DNA from: Mytilus edulis
Lineage: Eukaryota
DNA: 64,000 nucleotides
Direction: 5' to 3'
Assembly: GCF_963676685.1 (NCBI RefSeq)
Contig: NC_092351.1
Coordinates: 54,622,001 to 54,686,000 of the forward strand
Shown: positions 13,101 through 24,993 of the stretch, one piece after another
Numbering within the stretch: position 1 is the first letter of the stretch
How the letters are laid out: every line of letters begins with the position of its first letter
The notes under the pieces: model-generated
What the model was told of the DNA's origin: nothing
Database searches by the model: none
Seen by the model: only the letters and a program-made list of their open reading frames with translations
Made by a program: the position numbers and the translations under genes

Positions 13101-14721
13101 AAACTAAAACTGAGGGAAACGCATTAAATATAAAATAATCTTATTAAATATATTCTGATACTGTAAACATGTGCCAAAAAATTTAGAGAAACACATTTTA
13201 TCACTTTTCAGAACTCAGTCCCAGTAAAATAATATTATAAGGATAATAATTTAATATTAATTTAATATTCCAAGAGTTAATTTAATATTTATGTTTTGGT
13301 AAGTATTTTTACTGCTGTAACCAAATTATTTTAACACAGAAATAAATTTCTACTCAATTAATACAAGGGGTAATAGCATTCATGAATAATGGACCAAGAC
13401 AGGATTAAAATAATAAAAAAACAGGAGTTCCTTTTCATTACTGATACCTGTCCTACCTTTTTCATTTAAACCTAAAAGAGATCATAATGAAAGTATTCTG
13501 AATGTAAAATCTTCATTATTTTAATTTAAAAAAAAATAGTTTGCAATCCTTGTATGAACAAATTATAACAATAAAAGTTGTCTCATTGTCATTAATTTCA
13601 TGCAAGTTAGTTCTAATGAATGAACTGAAGTTATAAAAAACCCACACTAAACCAATAAATGAATGGTGCTAATCATGAACTTGAAAATAAATAAGAACAA
13701 AAAGACTCAGTAATATTTTTCTTCTTCTATTTGAAAAAACTATGCATTTTTATATTTATATAAAAGTATTTCAGAGCAGTTTCTGGGGGGGATAAGTCAA
13801 CAATTATGTTGTAGATCACAAGTCAAAATTAAGTCACACTTCATGTCAGTATGATCATGCTTTGAATACGATTGATTAAAATGCTACTGTTAAAGAGATT
13901 GATTTAAGGCAGCAACCATTTGATTTTCGGGGAGGGGGAGGGGGTGGGGGTATTGATTTTTTTTCAGACATACTTTTTTTTTCGTTGGCGAAATACAATC
14001 AATTTTTGAACAATCCTTCTCTTTCAATTTTAGCATTAGATTTAATGGCAGCTTAAGGTAAAACAAACATTGTTTTTTCTCAGGGTCAAAAACAAATTAC
14101 TTTTTTTATCCAAAAATAGCCCGATCAACATGATCAACGACGTTACGTAATTGTTAAAAGAAGGCCAATTTAACATGTTTAAGTATTATTTTCTTTAATA
14201 AGAAGAAACATGATCATCCATGCTTTAAAAAACCAAAGGAAATCTATTTCTGACCTTAATGGCAATTTACAAACAGACAAAAGAAAAAATTCCAAATTGG
14301 CGACAAATTATTTTTTCCGCGAAATTAACGCAATTTCAGAATGGCAGGTTTTAATATCAGTCTCATTGTTGTCTTAAGAAAGTAGCAACAACAGTCGTTT
14401 CTCAGAGCTTGCTTTCCGACTGTTTAAAAGGTTTAACAAAAAACCAGTTACCTCAATGCGAGTTTTAGATTATGAACGCACTTTTGTATTCATGATGTAC
14501 CACTATTATCTATTCTGTAATAATGTCCAGTTGGGACATCTGGCTCGCGCATAAATAAATTTCTACAAAAGGTTCCAACTACATCTATCAATGAAGTTCT
14601 TCGATAAGTTAATAGGGTCATTTTTCTAAAACTAAAACAAATAAAAACATTTAAAAAAATAAATGACATACATAATTAGTGATATGATACATAAACAAAC
14701 ATTTGTAGAACATAGTGCATT

Positions 14722-14948
14722 TCATAATTTCTCACAAATAAATGATTCTGCTTTTGAACATGTGAAATCATTCCATGCGTAGTCAACTGATCTACGCATC
14801 TGTACACAATCCTCCGAGTTGTATTTATTGTTAGGTTCTCCACGTGACCACGCTGTATAGGTAAGGCCTGAATTGTCGAGGTCCCAAACAAAATTGTATT
14901 CTCGATTAATATCGTTGGCTCCAATCCAAACTGCCGGACTGTTTGTGT
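14722..14948 (-). CDS. Collectin-like secreted lectin, exon 7 (C-type lectin domain C-terminus, stop). Full model: complement(join(14722..14948,16232..16316,18375..18469,19740..19802,26894..26986,28509..28664,41800..42124)), 347 aa
   Basis: TTTCAG acceptor; (N)TNSPAVWIGANDINREYNFVW...WSRGEPNN...EDCVQM...WNDFTC...FICEKL*, with WIG, EPN, WND and canonical CTLD cysteines. Exon lengths sum to 1044 nt with consistent phases. Confidence 0.9.
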
Positions 14949-16231
14949 CTGAAATGAAACAAAGATCATTCTCAAATATAAGGATAGCCAATAAGGTAAC
15001 AATTTAATGATTAACTTTGTATAGTTTCTCATTAATAGTTGTAATGAATTAACTTTGAATTCCTTTTTTAAATCATTTGCTGATATCAAGATGTTTTTAT
15101 GTTTCTTGCAGTCATGCAGTATATTTTTCACTGCCATTTTTATGTTTATAGCAGACCAAATATTTAAGAAATCTTCTTTGAATTGCGTGAAAACGAAAGT
15201 TTACGGAATGTTTTTGCAAAATTTTGAAAAAAAATAGGAAATATGTTTATACTTTTGGTTCTTAAATTAAAATGTGTATAGAGGTGATCCGCTTTAAGGC
15301 GTTAGGAGAGACGGAAAATATCAAAAGGGTTATCAAACATATAAATTGAAAATAGACTGAATGCAATTTTCAAAAGTACATCGATAGTTCATAGAACAAA
15401 TTGAAATATTTTCATTCTTAAGGAGCGAATAACAGTATACCCTTTTTGATTTTGTTTACATCTCAAAACCTAGCGTCCTTGAACAGAGTGGTTTTCCACA
15501 GTATAATAAAACCACTCCACACACAGTGGTAGTGTTCGGAGTATAAAACATTTATATGATTTGCAGATAGATTGTTGTAAATTTATTCATCTTTAAGAGT
15601 AATGGTTTACATCCTTGATGTTACATAATCTGTGTTTTGGAATTAAGTATAAATTACAAAAATAGAGACAGTGTTCGTACAAGTATTAACCGATGCATTA
15701 ATGGTACTCACGACTTTTACAAGTATTGGTCCAAGGACACAGTTATCGTCCTTTGGTTTTCGAATATAGTCACTAGTGTGAACAGTGAATAACTTGGATT
15801 TTAATTTGATACACGTTCCCAATTTATTTCTTGATATTTAATGCATGAAATATTAACATGATTAAGTAGAGGATCAAATTACATGTTAAAATAATTTGGA
15901 AGCTGAGTTAAAAAAAAATCGGTGCTGAATCGTTATGTTAAGTAGAGATTTGGTTCAGTTCTAAAAGGTCAAATTTTCATGATAACGCCTGAAGCTGTCA
16001 AACTAAATTTTAGACCCCTTAATTAACACAGAATTGTCAATATATTAAAAGCGGGTAGAAGTTTCTATAATTTAGAAATTATTTGTCCCACTAGTAGTAA
16101 ACTAAACTGTAAAAAGCGTTTTGAGATAGAGCATGTGCGATTTTTTTTATTTGAATTTATTGTCTTAAAGAAATGCACTACGAAATAACTGTGTTCTCGG
16201 GCCTATTAACTGATGTATGTATGGTACTCAC

Positions 16232-16316
16232 TACTTTTCACAAAAGATTTCAAGAACCAATTTTCAACCGCATCGTCAACTTTTACAAGGAATCCTCCTT
16301 TTCTACGACAGTCATC
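16232..16316 (-). CDS. Collectin-like lectin, exon 6 (CTLD helix region)
   Basis: TTTTAG acceptor, GTGAGT donor; phase 0-1; DDCRRKGGFLVKVDDAVENWFLKSFVKS. Confidence 0.88.
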
Positions 16317-16805
16317 CTAAAATTCAAAATACAACATGAACAGTTTGATTACAAGAGCTTCCAACATTGTTAAAATAACTGATTACAATTGTTTTAGTCA
16401 AATCATGGTGATGTATCAACTTATAATTTAGTTTTGGTTACTACGAAACATATCTTACTTTTTTCTTTTTCACAATAAGCATGATAACATAATTTTACTT
16501 ATAAGAATAATAAGTTAGCTGATATAACTCCTTATTATAATCAGATTAACAAATTTGTGTTGCTTCTTTAGAATGATTTGAAAAATTCCTGATTTTATAT
16601 GTAGAGCTTTATTCGAATGATTCTCGTAAGTTTCATATTGCACTATGTTGAATTTTCTTGATGTTATTGTGGGCATTGTTGTTAATCTGCTTTTTCCTTC
16701 ACTAGGTAATTCTTCTCTTTTTTATTGTCTTTTCAATCGCCACTAAAACCAAAATCCGTACTTAACAATTTTGATTGGTGTCGTGTTTTAAATATTCAAC
16801 CACCC

Positions 16806-17010
16806 ATATTTAAAACTTAACTGTTTACAAAACTTTTGAACTTTTGAAATTCTAAGGCTTTTCTACCTCATGAATATATTACCTTAGCCGTTTTTGGCAA
16901 AACTTTTAGGAATTTTTGTCCTCAATTCTCTTTGTACTTTATTTGGCCTTTATAACTTGCGCGTCTGTCGTAAATATGAAATTTAATCCCGGTTATCTAT
17001 GATACGTTTA
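16806..17010 (+). mobile_element. Degenerate retrozyme-like repeat fragment (hammerhead core deleted)
   Basis: Similar to the reverse complement of 32800-33050 (GGCTTTTCTA...ATTACCTTAGC...TTTGGCAAAAC); only GCGCGTCTG of the ribozyme remains. Confidence 0.5.
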
Positions 17011-17204
17011 TTCATAATCTAATTTTTCTATTTTGATGATTTGCTATATTTAGATTTTGAAAGACTGTGTGGGTCCATACATAATATCACCCGCCATGCC
17101 AATTTAAACATAGCCAACATTTCTTAATCGAGATTAGAACAGTTGTTAAAATTACAGATTTAACAACTATGATATTGTAAGTAAGTTGAGAAACCGAATT
17201 CTAC

Positions 17205-17791
17205 GAAAATGAGATGATTTTAGCTCTCCAATTGTGAACTTTCCATATCTAAGTAACAACATTCCCGCAGCACCTGCTTACGGGGTATACCTCTCCCAAT
17301 TAATACGATATTCTCGTGCATGCATTTTCTATGATTTTCTTGATAGAGGGTTGCTGCTAAAAAAAAATTATTAAACCAACAGTTTCAAATGGTGAAGTTG
17401 AAATCATCCCTTTGTACATTTAACGGACGCCATCACGAGTTGGTTGACTGTTATGGAATAACTGTTTCACAAATGATATCGAATATGCTCCTCATGTCGT
17501 AACTACAATACCCTTCCCTTTCGTGAATGTGACATACCGAATTAGACTATTTACCGGATTTGTTATAACATGAGCAACACGACGGGTTCTACATGTAGAG
17601 CAGGATATGCTTACCATTCTGGAGCACCTGAGATCACATCTAGTTTTTGGTGGGGTTCGTGTTGCTTATTATGTAGTTTCTATGTTGTGTCATGTGTACT
17701 ATTGTTGTCCTTTTCATTTTTAACCATGGCGTTGTCAGATTATTTTCGATTTATGAGTTTGACTGTCCCTCTGGTATCTTTCGTCCCTCTT
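17205..17791 (+). mobile_element. Degenerate 3' fragment of a third Penelope-like (Naiad-type) RT element
   Basis: Translates K*DDFSSPIVNFPYLSNNIPAAPAYGVYLSQLIRYSRAC, homologous to KRDDFSFPIVNYPFLDGDVPLSPSYGVYISQLVRFARVC at 23438-24052; frameshifted. Its 3' UTR resembles 6330-6500. Confidence 0.8.
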
Positions 17792-18374
17792 CTACTACCG
17801 ATCAACAGATTCGTGATAGTGACCATATATAATAACAGTTATGAAAGGTTAGATTTTAACCCTCTTCCTTATACTCTGTTTTACGAGAACCTAGCCATAG
17901 TTCAACGTTTTACGATAAAAGCAGCCACATACTTTGATAGAGTTTAATTGGATATAGGAAGATGTGGTATGAGTACCAATGAGACAACTCTCCTTCCAAA
18001 TAACAATTTATAAAAGTAAACCATTATAGGTCAAGGTACGGCCTTCAACACAGAGCATTGGCTAACATCGACAGCAAGCTATAACGGGCCCCAAAAATAA
18101 GCAGTGTACACCCATTCAAACGGGAAAACCAACGGTCTAATATAACCTAAATAAAAATGAGAAACGAGAAAAACATACGAATTACATAAACAGACGACAA
18201 CTACTGTACATGAGATTCCTGAATTACTATAATATATACTATATTTTTGTTGCAGTTGAAGCATATATATATGACTTCCGATTAGCACATTGAATAGAAG
18301 ACACGCAACTGCTGTGTTTGTAATTAAAATATTGAACTTGACAATACTTGGTAATACAACATCATTACACCCAC

Positions 18375-18469
18375 CTTTGCCGCACTCCATGTTTTTTTGT
18401 TACTAAATTCAAAGTAATAACAACTGTGCATAAACTTTACCCATCCATGTGAACAGTCCAATGGTTTAA
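18375..18469 (-). CDS. Collectin-like lectin, exon 5 (start of long-form CTLD)
   Basis: TTTCTTACAG acceptor, AAG|GTGGGT donor; phase 1-0; (V)KPLDCSHGWVKFMHSCYYFEFSNKKTWSAAK. Confidence 0.9.
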
Positions 18470-19739
18470 CTGTAAGAAAAACGTATAATTATTGTTTAAA
18501 TTTCGTTTATTGTTAATATTCTGTTGTTCAATTGCTTTTTTTATTTACGAGGCAGCTACCAAATCTATTACTGATACATTAAAGTGAAAATCAGCTCTCC
18601 GAACGTTTTACGATTGAACACCAATGGTAGACAGTTACTGTGGATTCATTATTTTTCGTTGGATACTTATTTTCGTGGGTTTCGTGGGTACAGGTGAAAC
18701 ACGAATTCAAATGTTCAACGAATTAAATATTTTCAATAGGCTTGTATACAGTTAATGACAAAAGCACAAACTCAAATATCCACGAAAGTTTTCTGCTATC
18801 CCTAAAAATTGAAATTCCATGTAAAATTAATTATATATTAATATGATATACATGTATTTAATTTTGAAATTTGACAAGGGACTTTACACACGTCAAATTT
18901 AGATTTTTTTTAAGAGTTCGGATTTTTTTTCAAGACTATATTGGTGTTCCCACTTATTTCATTATGTCCAACATGCAGCAAAAGAAGCAAAAACTCAAAC
19001 AACAAAATAACAGAAATTGTCTAAGACATCTTTTACCGTAGAGGAACTAACAATTCGCCGTTTCAGAATCGGGTAAAAACGTCCTAAACAATAGAAATAC
19101 AACCAATGCCGTGACCTTATTTTCATTTTGGGGTACGAACAATTGAATTACCCACAATCCTTTAGCTTCTGAAACGGCCATTTTATGTGACGTTCAAAGT
19201 AATTCGTGACTTCCATTATATTGTTATTGATAAGATGTAACGATAATGCATTGCGTACTCATACTCTTTAACTAAATCAGGAACCCTGGAACCGAACCAC
19301 GAATAAGATTTTGAAGAATATCTTTGTCAAATCTAAGCGCATGTTGTTGGTGATTTAAAAAATAGCTTTCCTCTTTTAATTTTCAAAAAATAATCTCGGA
19401 CATTTATAACAACTTCGCCACGATTTAAGTAATGTAAAATCACAAAAATACTGAACTCAAAGGAAAATTTTAAACGGAAGTCCATCCGTACAGCAAAAGA
19501 GGACATTGGTAACATGGCCGACATCCCAGTCGGTTTGTTATATGTATTATTTGTTTTTATTATGCATAAAACTACCCAGTTAATGATGCCCTCGGTGTAT
19601 TATCCACCAGCATTCGAACTTTACATCGTCTTGGTTGTAGTAAAAGGTTAAATCACGAAAATACTGAACTCCGAGGAAAATTCAAAAGGAACAATGAGCT
19701 TTCCGATAAATTGTAAATGATGTATCCCCATTCATGTAC

Positions 19740-19802
19740 CTGATTCTCCTCGACTTCCTTTTTCCCCTTGTCCTCCCTTTTCTCCTTTTATTCCATGTGC
19801 TC
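19740..19802 (-). CDS. Collectin-like lectin, exon 4 (collagen, 63 nt)
   Basis: TTTTAATAG acceptor, CAG|GTACAT donor; phase 1-1; GAH GIK GEK GGQ GEK GSR GES. Confidence 0.88.
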
Positions 19803-20048
19803 CTATTAAAAGATAATAATAATTTACGACAATATATTTAAGAATTATAAAAACGTAAGTTTTGTTTTGTTAGTTGAGGGTGATATGCAAAAATGAAATA
19901 TGAGATACCAGTATGGAAAAGTAATCATCATGAAAAAGTACAAACATGCAATTCACAAAATTACCTTGATAAATAAAGGTTAAGCTTGATATTCTTTATA
20001 ATGTGATAACCTTACTTGCTCCACATCTCATTCCTATGGTTATTTATG

Positions 20049-22210
20049 ATTATGGCACCCTCAACGGAGTTGGGGTGACGTATTGTTATTAAGGCACCCT
20101 CAACGGAGTTGGGGTGACATATTGTAAATGTTCGTTTCTTTTTATTTAGTATTCTTCTACACTTTTTTGTCCATGCTATTTCTCAGAATTGCCTTGAACA
20201 ATATTGATGGAACTATACCATGAGGACCACTATATGAAATTGTGCAATCGGGGTATGGCATCATCAAGATGGCTGCCGTTGCCATGGAAACTGATAAAAT
20301 GTGGAAAAAAAAATGCAAACTCTAAATCTTTCATTATAAGACCTAGCTTGATGAAACTTTATTGTATTGTAGGGAGTGGTATCCTGAGGTACTAACAGTA
20401 CCTGGATTTTTCAAAATGGCTGCCATTGCCATGGAAACTGTTGAAAAGTTTAACATTGATCCTATTGGATAAAAATCAAAGCAGCATTTTCTTAAGGAAC
20501 ATGAGGAATATAAGATCAAACATGAACAAATTTCATTAATGTATAACATGGCATAAATCAATGTTGAAGATTTTGTTGGAAATTTTCAAATGGACACCCT
20601 TACCATGGAAACAGCAAAAATTTCCAAAAAACTGAAAATGCTCCAAACTTTAAGAAACTCATTAAAATGGTAAATGGTAAGTATTGATAAGACTTTGGAC
20701 GTCGGTATTTCCAAAATGGCCGCCGTTGCCATGGAAACTGCAAAGATAAGAAAAATGGAAAAATGCTCAAAACTTTCTGAAAAATTACAAACAAATATGT
20801 TGTGATGTATTGATGTGTAAATACGGTTTCAAAGTTTCAAATTGGCTGCAGTTTAGTGACAATGTGGAAAGGGTGCCATCCGCTTTTGCTTGCAATGGCA
20901 AATCTAGTTCTACGTTTCTTTTATTTTATTTTTTACATTGCATCCACACTTTTTTGGCAACTCTGGATCTCGAAATTGAATAAAACCCAAGTTGAACTAT
21001 GCCATATTGTTAACAACAATGTGCAGATGTTCAATTGGGGTTGGCATATTCAAGATGGATGCCGTTGCCATGGAAAAAGCAAATATTTTAAACATGGAAA
21101 GTGTTCCAAACTTAATGAAACTTCACATAAATTGTTACTGACATAGGTAGAAATGCAGATCGACTTTGGAATTTCCAAAATGTCCGCCGTTACCATGGAA
21201 ACAGCAATTGGGCCCAAGATTTCAAAATGCTCCAAACTTATTGAAACTTTACACATATGTTAATTGGCATGTGTATCTGTGAACATATATTTGTTCTGCA
21301 TAATACGTGTTCCCCCTGGAACAAAACTGTGGATAACAAAAGTTCTTGGGAACAAACATTATATAATATTAAATCCACCTTCATAAGATATTTTCCTGGA
21401 ACGAAAACATCATATGGTTTCATAATATTTGTTCCTTTAAATAAGAGTGTCATTTGATTTTTTACACCTGATTAGATCTTAATTAATGTTCACCTCACAT
21501 GACATTTACCTGTTCATGTAGTACATACAAAGAATGGAGTCTGAGGAATACATTTTTTTTTTACATATTTAAACGGTGGCTCTTATTCTAGACAAGGTAC
21601 GAATACATATTTTTTAATATTTTATTACTGCACGCTCTACTGCGACTAACTAAACTAAATTAGTCTGTACCAATTTAGAAAGTTTAGCTTATACATTATA
21701 TTAGTCAAGCATGAAGTTAGCTACAAATTTCAGATGAAAATGCCTGTACTTAATTATTTGAAATTTACTTCCATACATTTGTAGCTAGAAATTATTTTGG
21801 AAATTGTAGAATATATTCCTAGAACTTTGATCATATAATAAATATTTCTAGAACTTTAATTATCTATTTACCATTTACCACTATTCCTGAAACATTTATA
21901 ATATAGCCAATATTCCAATATGCCTGGAACTTTTATAATATAACAAATATTCCTAGAACTTTTATAATATAACAAATATTCTAAGAACTTTTATAATATA
22001 ACAAATATTCCTGGAGCTTTTTAAATATAAAACTATTCCTAGAAATTTTATTACATAAAACATTGTCAATGATAATATTCCAAAGAACTTTTAGCATATG
22101 AAAAAAAGTTCCATTGGGATACGCTCTTTGAATTTTCAAAATGGCTGCCGTTGACATGGCAATTGAGAACGAGGGTGCCATCTGTTATTGCTAGCATTTA
22201 CAAATCTAGG
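20049..22210 (+). mobile_element. Helentron-type non-autonomous element (HINE/DINE-1-like) containing a nested copy of the same family at about 20087-20909
   Basis: Two heads GGCACCCTCAACGGAGTTGGGGTGAC (20054, 20093) and two tails GGGTGCCATC...AAATCTAG (about 20871-20909 and 22173-22210); internal repeats of ATGGCTGCCGTTGCCATGGAAAC. Confidence 0.7.
21810..22095. repeat. About 30-bp AT-rich minisatellite (AATATTCCTAGAACTTTTATAATATAACA) inside the Helentron-like element
   Basis: Visible tandem units, best conserved at 21925-22050. Confidence 0.75.
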
Positions 22211-22299
22211 TTTTTTATTTTTGTTCACTCAGTGCTTAACAAATGTGACAAGTGAAATCGAAATTAAAGCGAAATTATCAAAATTAGTGAGTAAATACT

Positions 22300-22800
22300 G
22301 ATAAACCAGGTTGACCAGAAGTGTAAAGAGCTATATACCGATTATTGTCAAAAATTACATACTTTTAATGGTAAAAAAACATTTAATAGTCATATAGATT
22401 TGAACAGTGCCAAAGAAGCCTACAAGTATGAATGCAAGCTCAAACGTAGTTACAAACGACAGGAAGGCTGTATGTTGTGTAAACTAAAGAACGACAATCC
22501 AAGAAAATTTTACTCATTATTTAGGAAAACAAATCAGAGGAAATGTGATTTAAACATTACGGGCTTTTTTTAATATTTCAAAGAACTTGTATCAAGTGTA
22601 CCGAATAGCAATAAGAGACCCGAAGTGATTGATAATGAATGTGTTTTTGATGAGTTAGATGCAGATATTACTGCTGATGAGATTATAAAGGCAATTTATG
22701 AACTCAAAACGGACAAAAGCCATGGTCCAGACTACTTGCTGAATGAATTTTTCATTGAATACAAGGATTTTATTATACCACATTTATGTACTATTTTTAA
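22300..22800 (+). mobile_element. RTEX-like non-LTR retrotransposon remnant, part 1 (interrupted by the Naiad insertion)
   Basis: LDADITADEIIKAIYELKTDKSHGPDYLLNEFF...PHLCTIFN is the pre-RT region of a LINE ORF2; it continues at 24994. Confidence 0.8.
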
Positions 22801-23034
22801 TAAAATTGAGAATGGAAATGGGGAATGTGTCAAAGAGACAACAACCCGACCAAATAAAAAACAACAGCAGAGGGTCACCAACAGGTCTTCAATGTAGCGA
22901 GAAATTCCCGCACCCAGTGGCGTCCTTCAGCTGGCCCCTAAACAAATATATACTAGTCCAGTGATAATGAACGCCATACTAATTTCCAAATTGTACACAA
23001 GAAACTAAAATTAAAATAATACAAGACTAACAAA

Positions 23035-23125
23035 GGCCAGAGGCTCCTGACTTGGGACAGGCGCAAAAATGCGGCGGGGTTAAACATGTTTGTGAGATCT
23101 CAACCCTCCCCCTATACCTCTAACC
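23035..23125 (-). ncRNA. Putative twister ribozyme, circular permutation type P5; predicted cleavage U23082/A23081
   Basis: Minus strand GGUUAGAGGU AUA GGGG GAGGG [UUGAGAUCUCACAAACAUGUU] UAA CCCC GC CGCA-UUUU-UGCG CCU G UCCC AA GU C AGG A GCCUCUGGCC. P2, P3, P4, P5 and both pseudoknots (CCC/GGG, GC/GU) are present; P1 is non-canonical. Confidence 0.75.
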
Positions 23126-23316
23126 AATGTAGAAAAGTAAACGCATAACAATACGCACATTAAAATTCAGTTCAAGAGAAGTCCGAGTCTGATGTCAGAA
23201 GATGTAACCAAAGAAAATAAACAAAATGACAATAATACATAAATAACAACAGACTACTAGCAGTTAACTGACATGCCAGCTCCAGACTTCAATTAAACTG
23301 ACTGAAAGATTATGAT

Positions 23317-23390
23317 TTCATCATATGAACCTCAGGCACAATCCTTCCCGTTAGGGGTTTAGTATCATACCATCATAACATATATGAGAA
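23317..23390 (-). promoter_or_regulatory. Type II SECIS element in the 3' UTR of the Naiad ORF
   Basis: Helix I UUC-UCAUAU/AUAUGA-U-GAA; AUGAU.../UGAG kink-turn core; 11-bp helix II GGUAUGAUACU/AGGAUUGUGCC (one mismatch); apical AAA plus CCC-UAAC-GGG mini-stem; starts about 47 nt after the stop. Confidence 0.85.
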
Positions 23391-24993
23391 GAACATAACC
23401 TGTGTCATGCCAACAACTGTTTTTAGAATAAATGTGTTTAGTTCCGATGCAAAGACCTTATCAGTGACTCAATATTAACGCCAAAATATGCAATCTTTAA
23501 TGACTTGACAACAGTATCGTAATTATATCCCTTCTTAATAAGTCTATTCAAAGGTTTTGTAAGTTTCTGAGGTAAATACTGACACCTTTGTGCTTTATAA
23601 AGAATATTTCCATAAAAAATTGGATGTGAAATACCTGAACGTATTAGAAGTCTGCATGTTGAGCTATATTTACGAATGATGTCTTTATACCGATGATAAA
23701 ATTTAGTAAATGTTTTGACTAGTTTGTGATATCGAAAACCCTGGTGTAATAATTTTTCAGTAATACATAAATTTCTCTCGTTAAAATCTAAAACATTGTT
23801 ACATACACGAGCGAATCGTACAAGTTGAGATATATAAACACCGTAAGATGGTGACAAGGGAACGTCACCATCTAAAAACGGATAATTAACGATAGGAAAT
23901 GAAAAATCATCCCTTTTATCATAAATTTTAGTATTCAGCTTTCCATTAGTGATATAGATATCAAGATCGAGAAAAGGGCAGTGGTCATTGTTAGTATTAG
24001 CTTTATTTAAAGTAAGTTCAACAGGATAAATTATTGAGAGCCAAAATATCATCCAAATATCTAAAAGTATTATTAAATTTGTTTATCAGATGTTGTTTCG
24101 ATGGGTCTTTGCTTATTTTTGTCATAAATTGTAACTCATAACAATACAAAAACAGGTCCGCAATAAGTGGTGCACAGTTAGTCCCCATTGGAATTCCGAT
24201 AATCTGACGATATACGGAATCCCCAAAGCGAACAAAAATGTTATCTAGTAAAAATTCAAGGGCATATATAGTATCAAAGCATGTCCAATTAACATAGTTT
24301 TTTTGTTTATTGCTACTAAAAAATGACCTAAAAGAGTTTGAACATATATATTCACATTCTGATTTTTTGAATGCCCATTTAATTAGGTGTGTGAATTTTT
24401 TCTTAATGAGAATGTGAGGCAATGTGGTATACAGTGTAGAAAAATCAAAACTTTGAACAGATTCAAAATCACCAATATAAGCATGCAATTTATCAAGTAC
24501 TTCCAACGAGTTCTTGACACTCCAAAAGTAATTTATTCCACTATTTTCGAAGGCCTTATTTGAACAATTTATTATCAGGTTTTTAATTGTACCAAGTGTG
24601 CTGGTAAGAAGAATAGACAATTTAGTAGTTGAACAATGGCTTGAAGAGGAAATAAATCTATATTTGTAAGGGGTTTTGTGTAGCTTCGGAAGCCAATACA
24701 TAGTTGGGACTTTCATTGTATTTGGCTCTGCTTGTAAAGCGGTGGCTAAAAGTTTATGTTTGTTACAGATTTCGTTTTCTGAAAATGGAGTCAGTTGGAA
24801 TGTTGGTGAATTGGTGATTTCCTTTTTCAGAACCTCAATGTAAACTTTACGTCAAACAATAATAATATTATTAGCAGCTTTATCGGCCGGGACAAAAACA
24901 AATTCCTTGGCTAGTTCTTTTAGTTTATGTTTGATACGAGAAATAGGTTTATTGTGGTTATTGTTAATAATAAAATGTTCTTTAAAATGTTAA

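Larger units (their letters stand above)
22801..24989 (-). mobile_element. 5'-truncated Naiad-type Penelope-like retroelement: C-terminal RT (pseudogenised by a frameshift near 24030), SECIS and twister fold in the 3' region
   Basis: PLE RT motifs VPADKAANN, YWLPKLHK..RFI, FDFSTLYT, GIPMGTNCAP, RYLDD, KIYDKRDDF. The ORF ends at 23438 with no C-terminal GIY-YIG. TTAA is duplicated at both junctions (22797-22800, 24990-24993), and removing the element restores the host LINE frame TIFN/AVLNSGYFP. Confidence 0.9.

Noticed and set aside
14951-15137. ORF 14676-15137 segment DCKKHKNILIS as the lectin helix exon
   Set aside because: No splice sites, and the true exon with proper AG/GT and motif is at 16232-16316.
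17210-17212. In-frame TGA in the third Naiad fragment (K*DDF) as another Sec codon
   Set aside because: It aligns to Arg of KRDDF, the fragment is otherwise decayed, and I see no SECIS after it.
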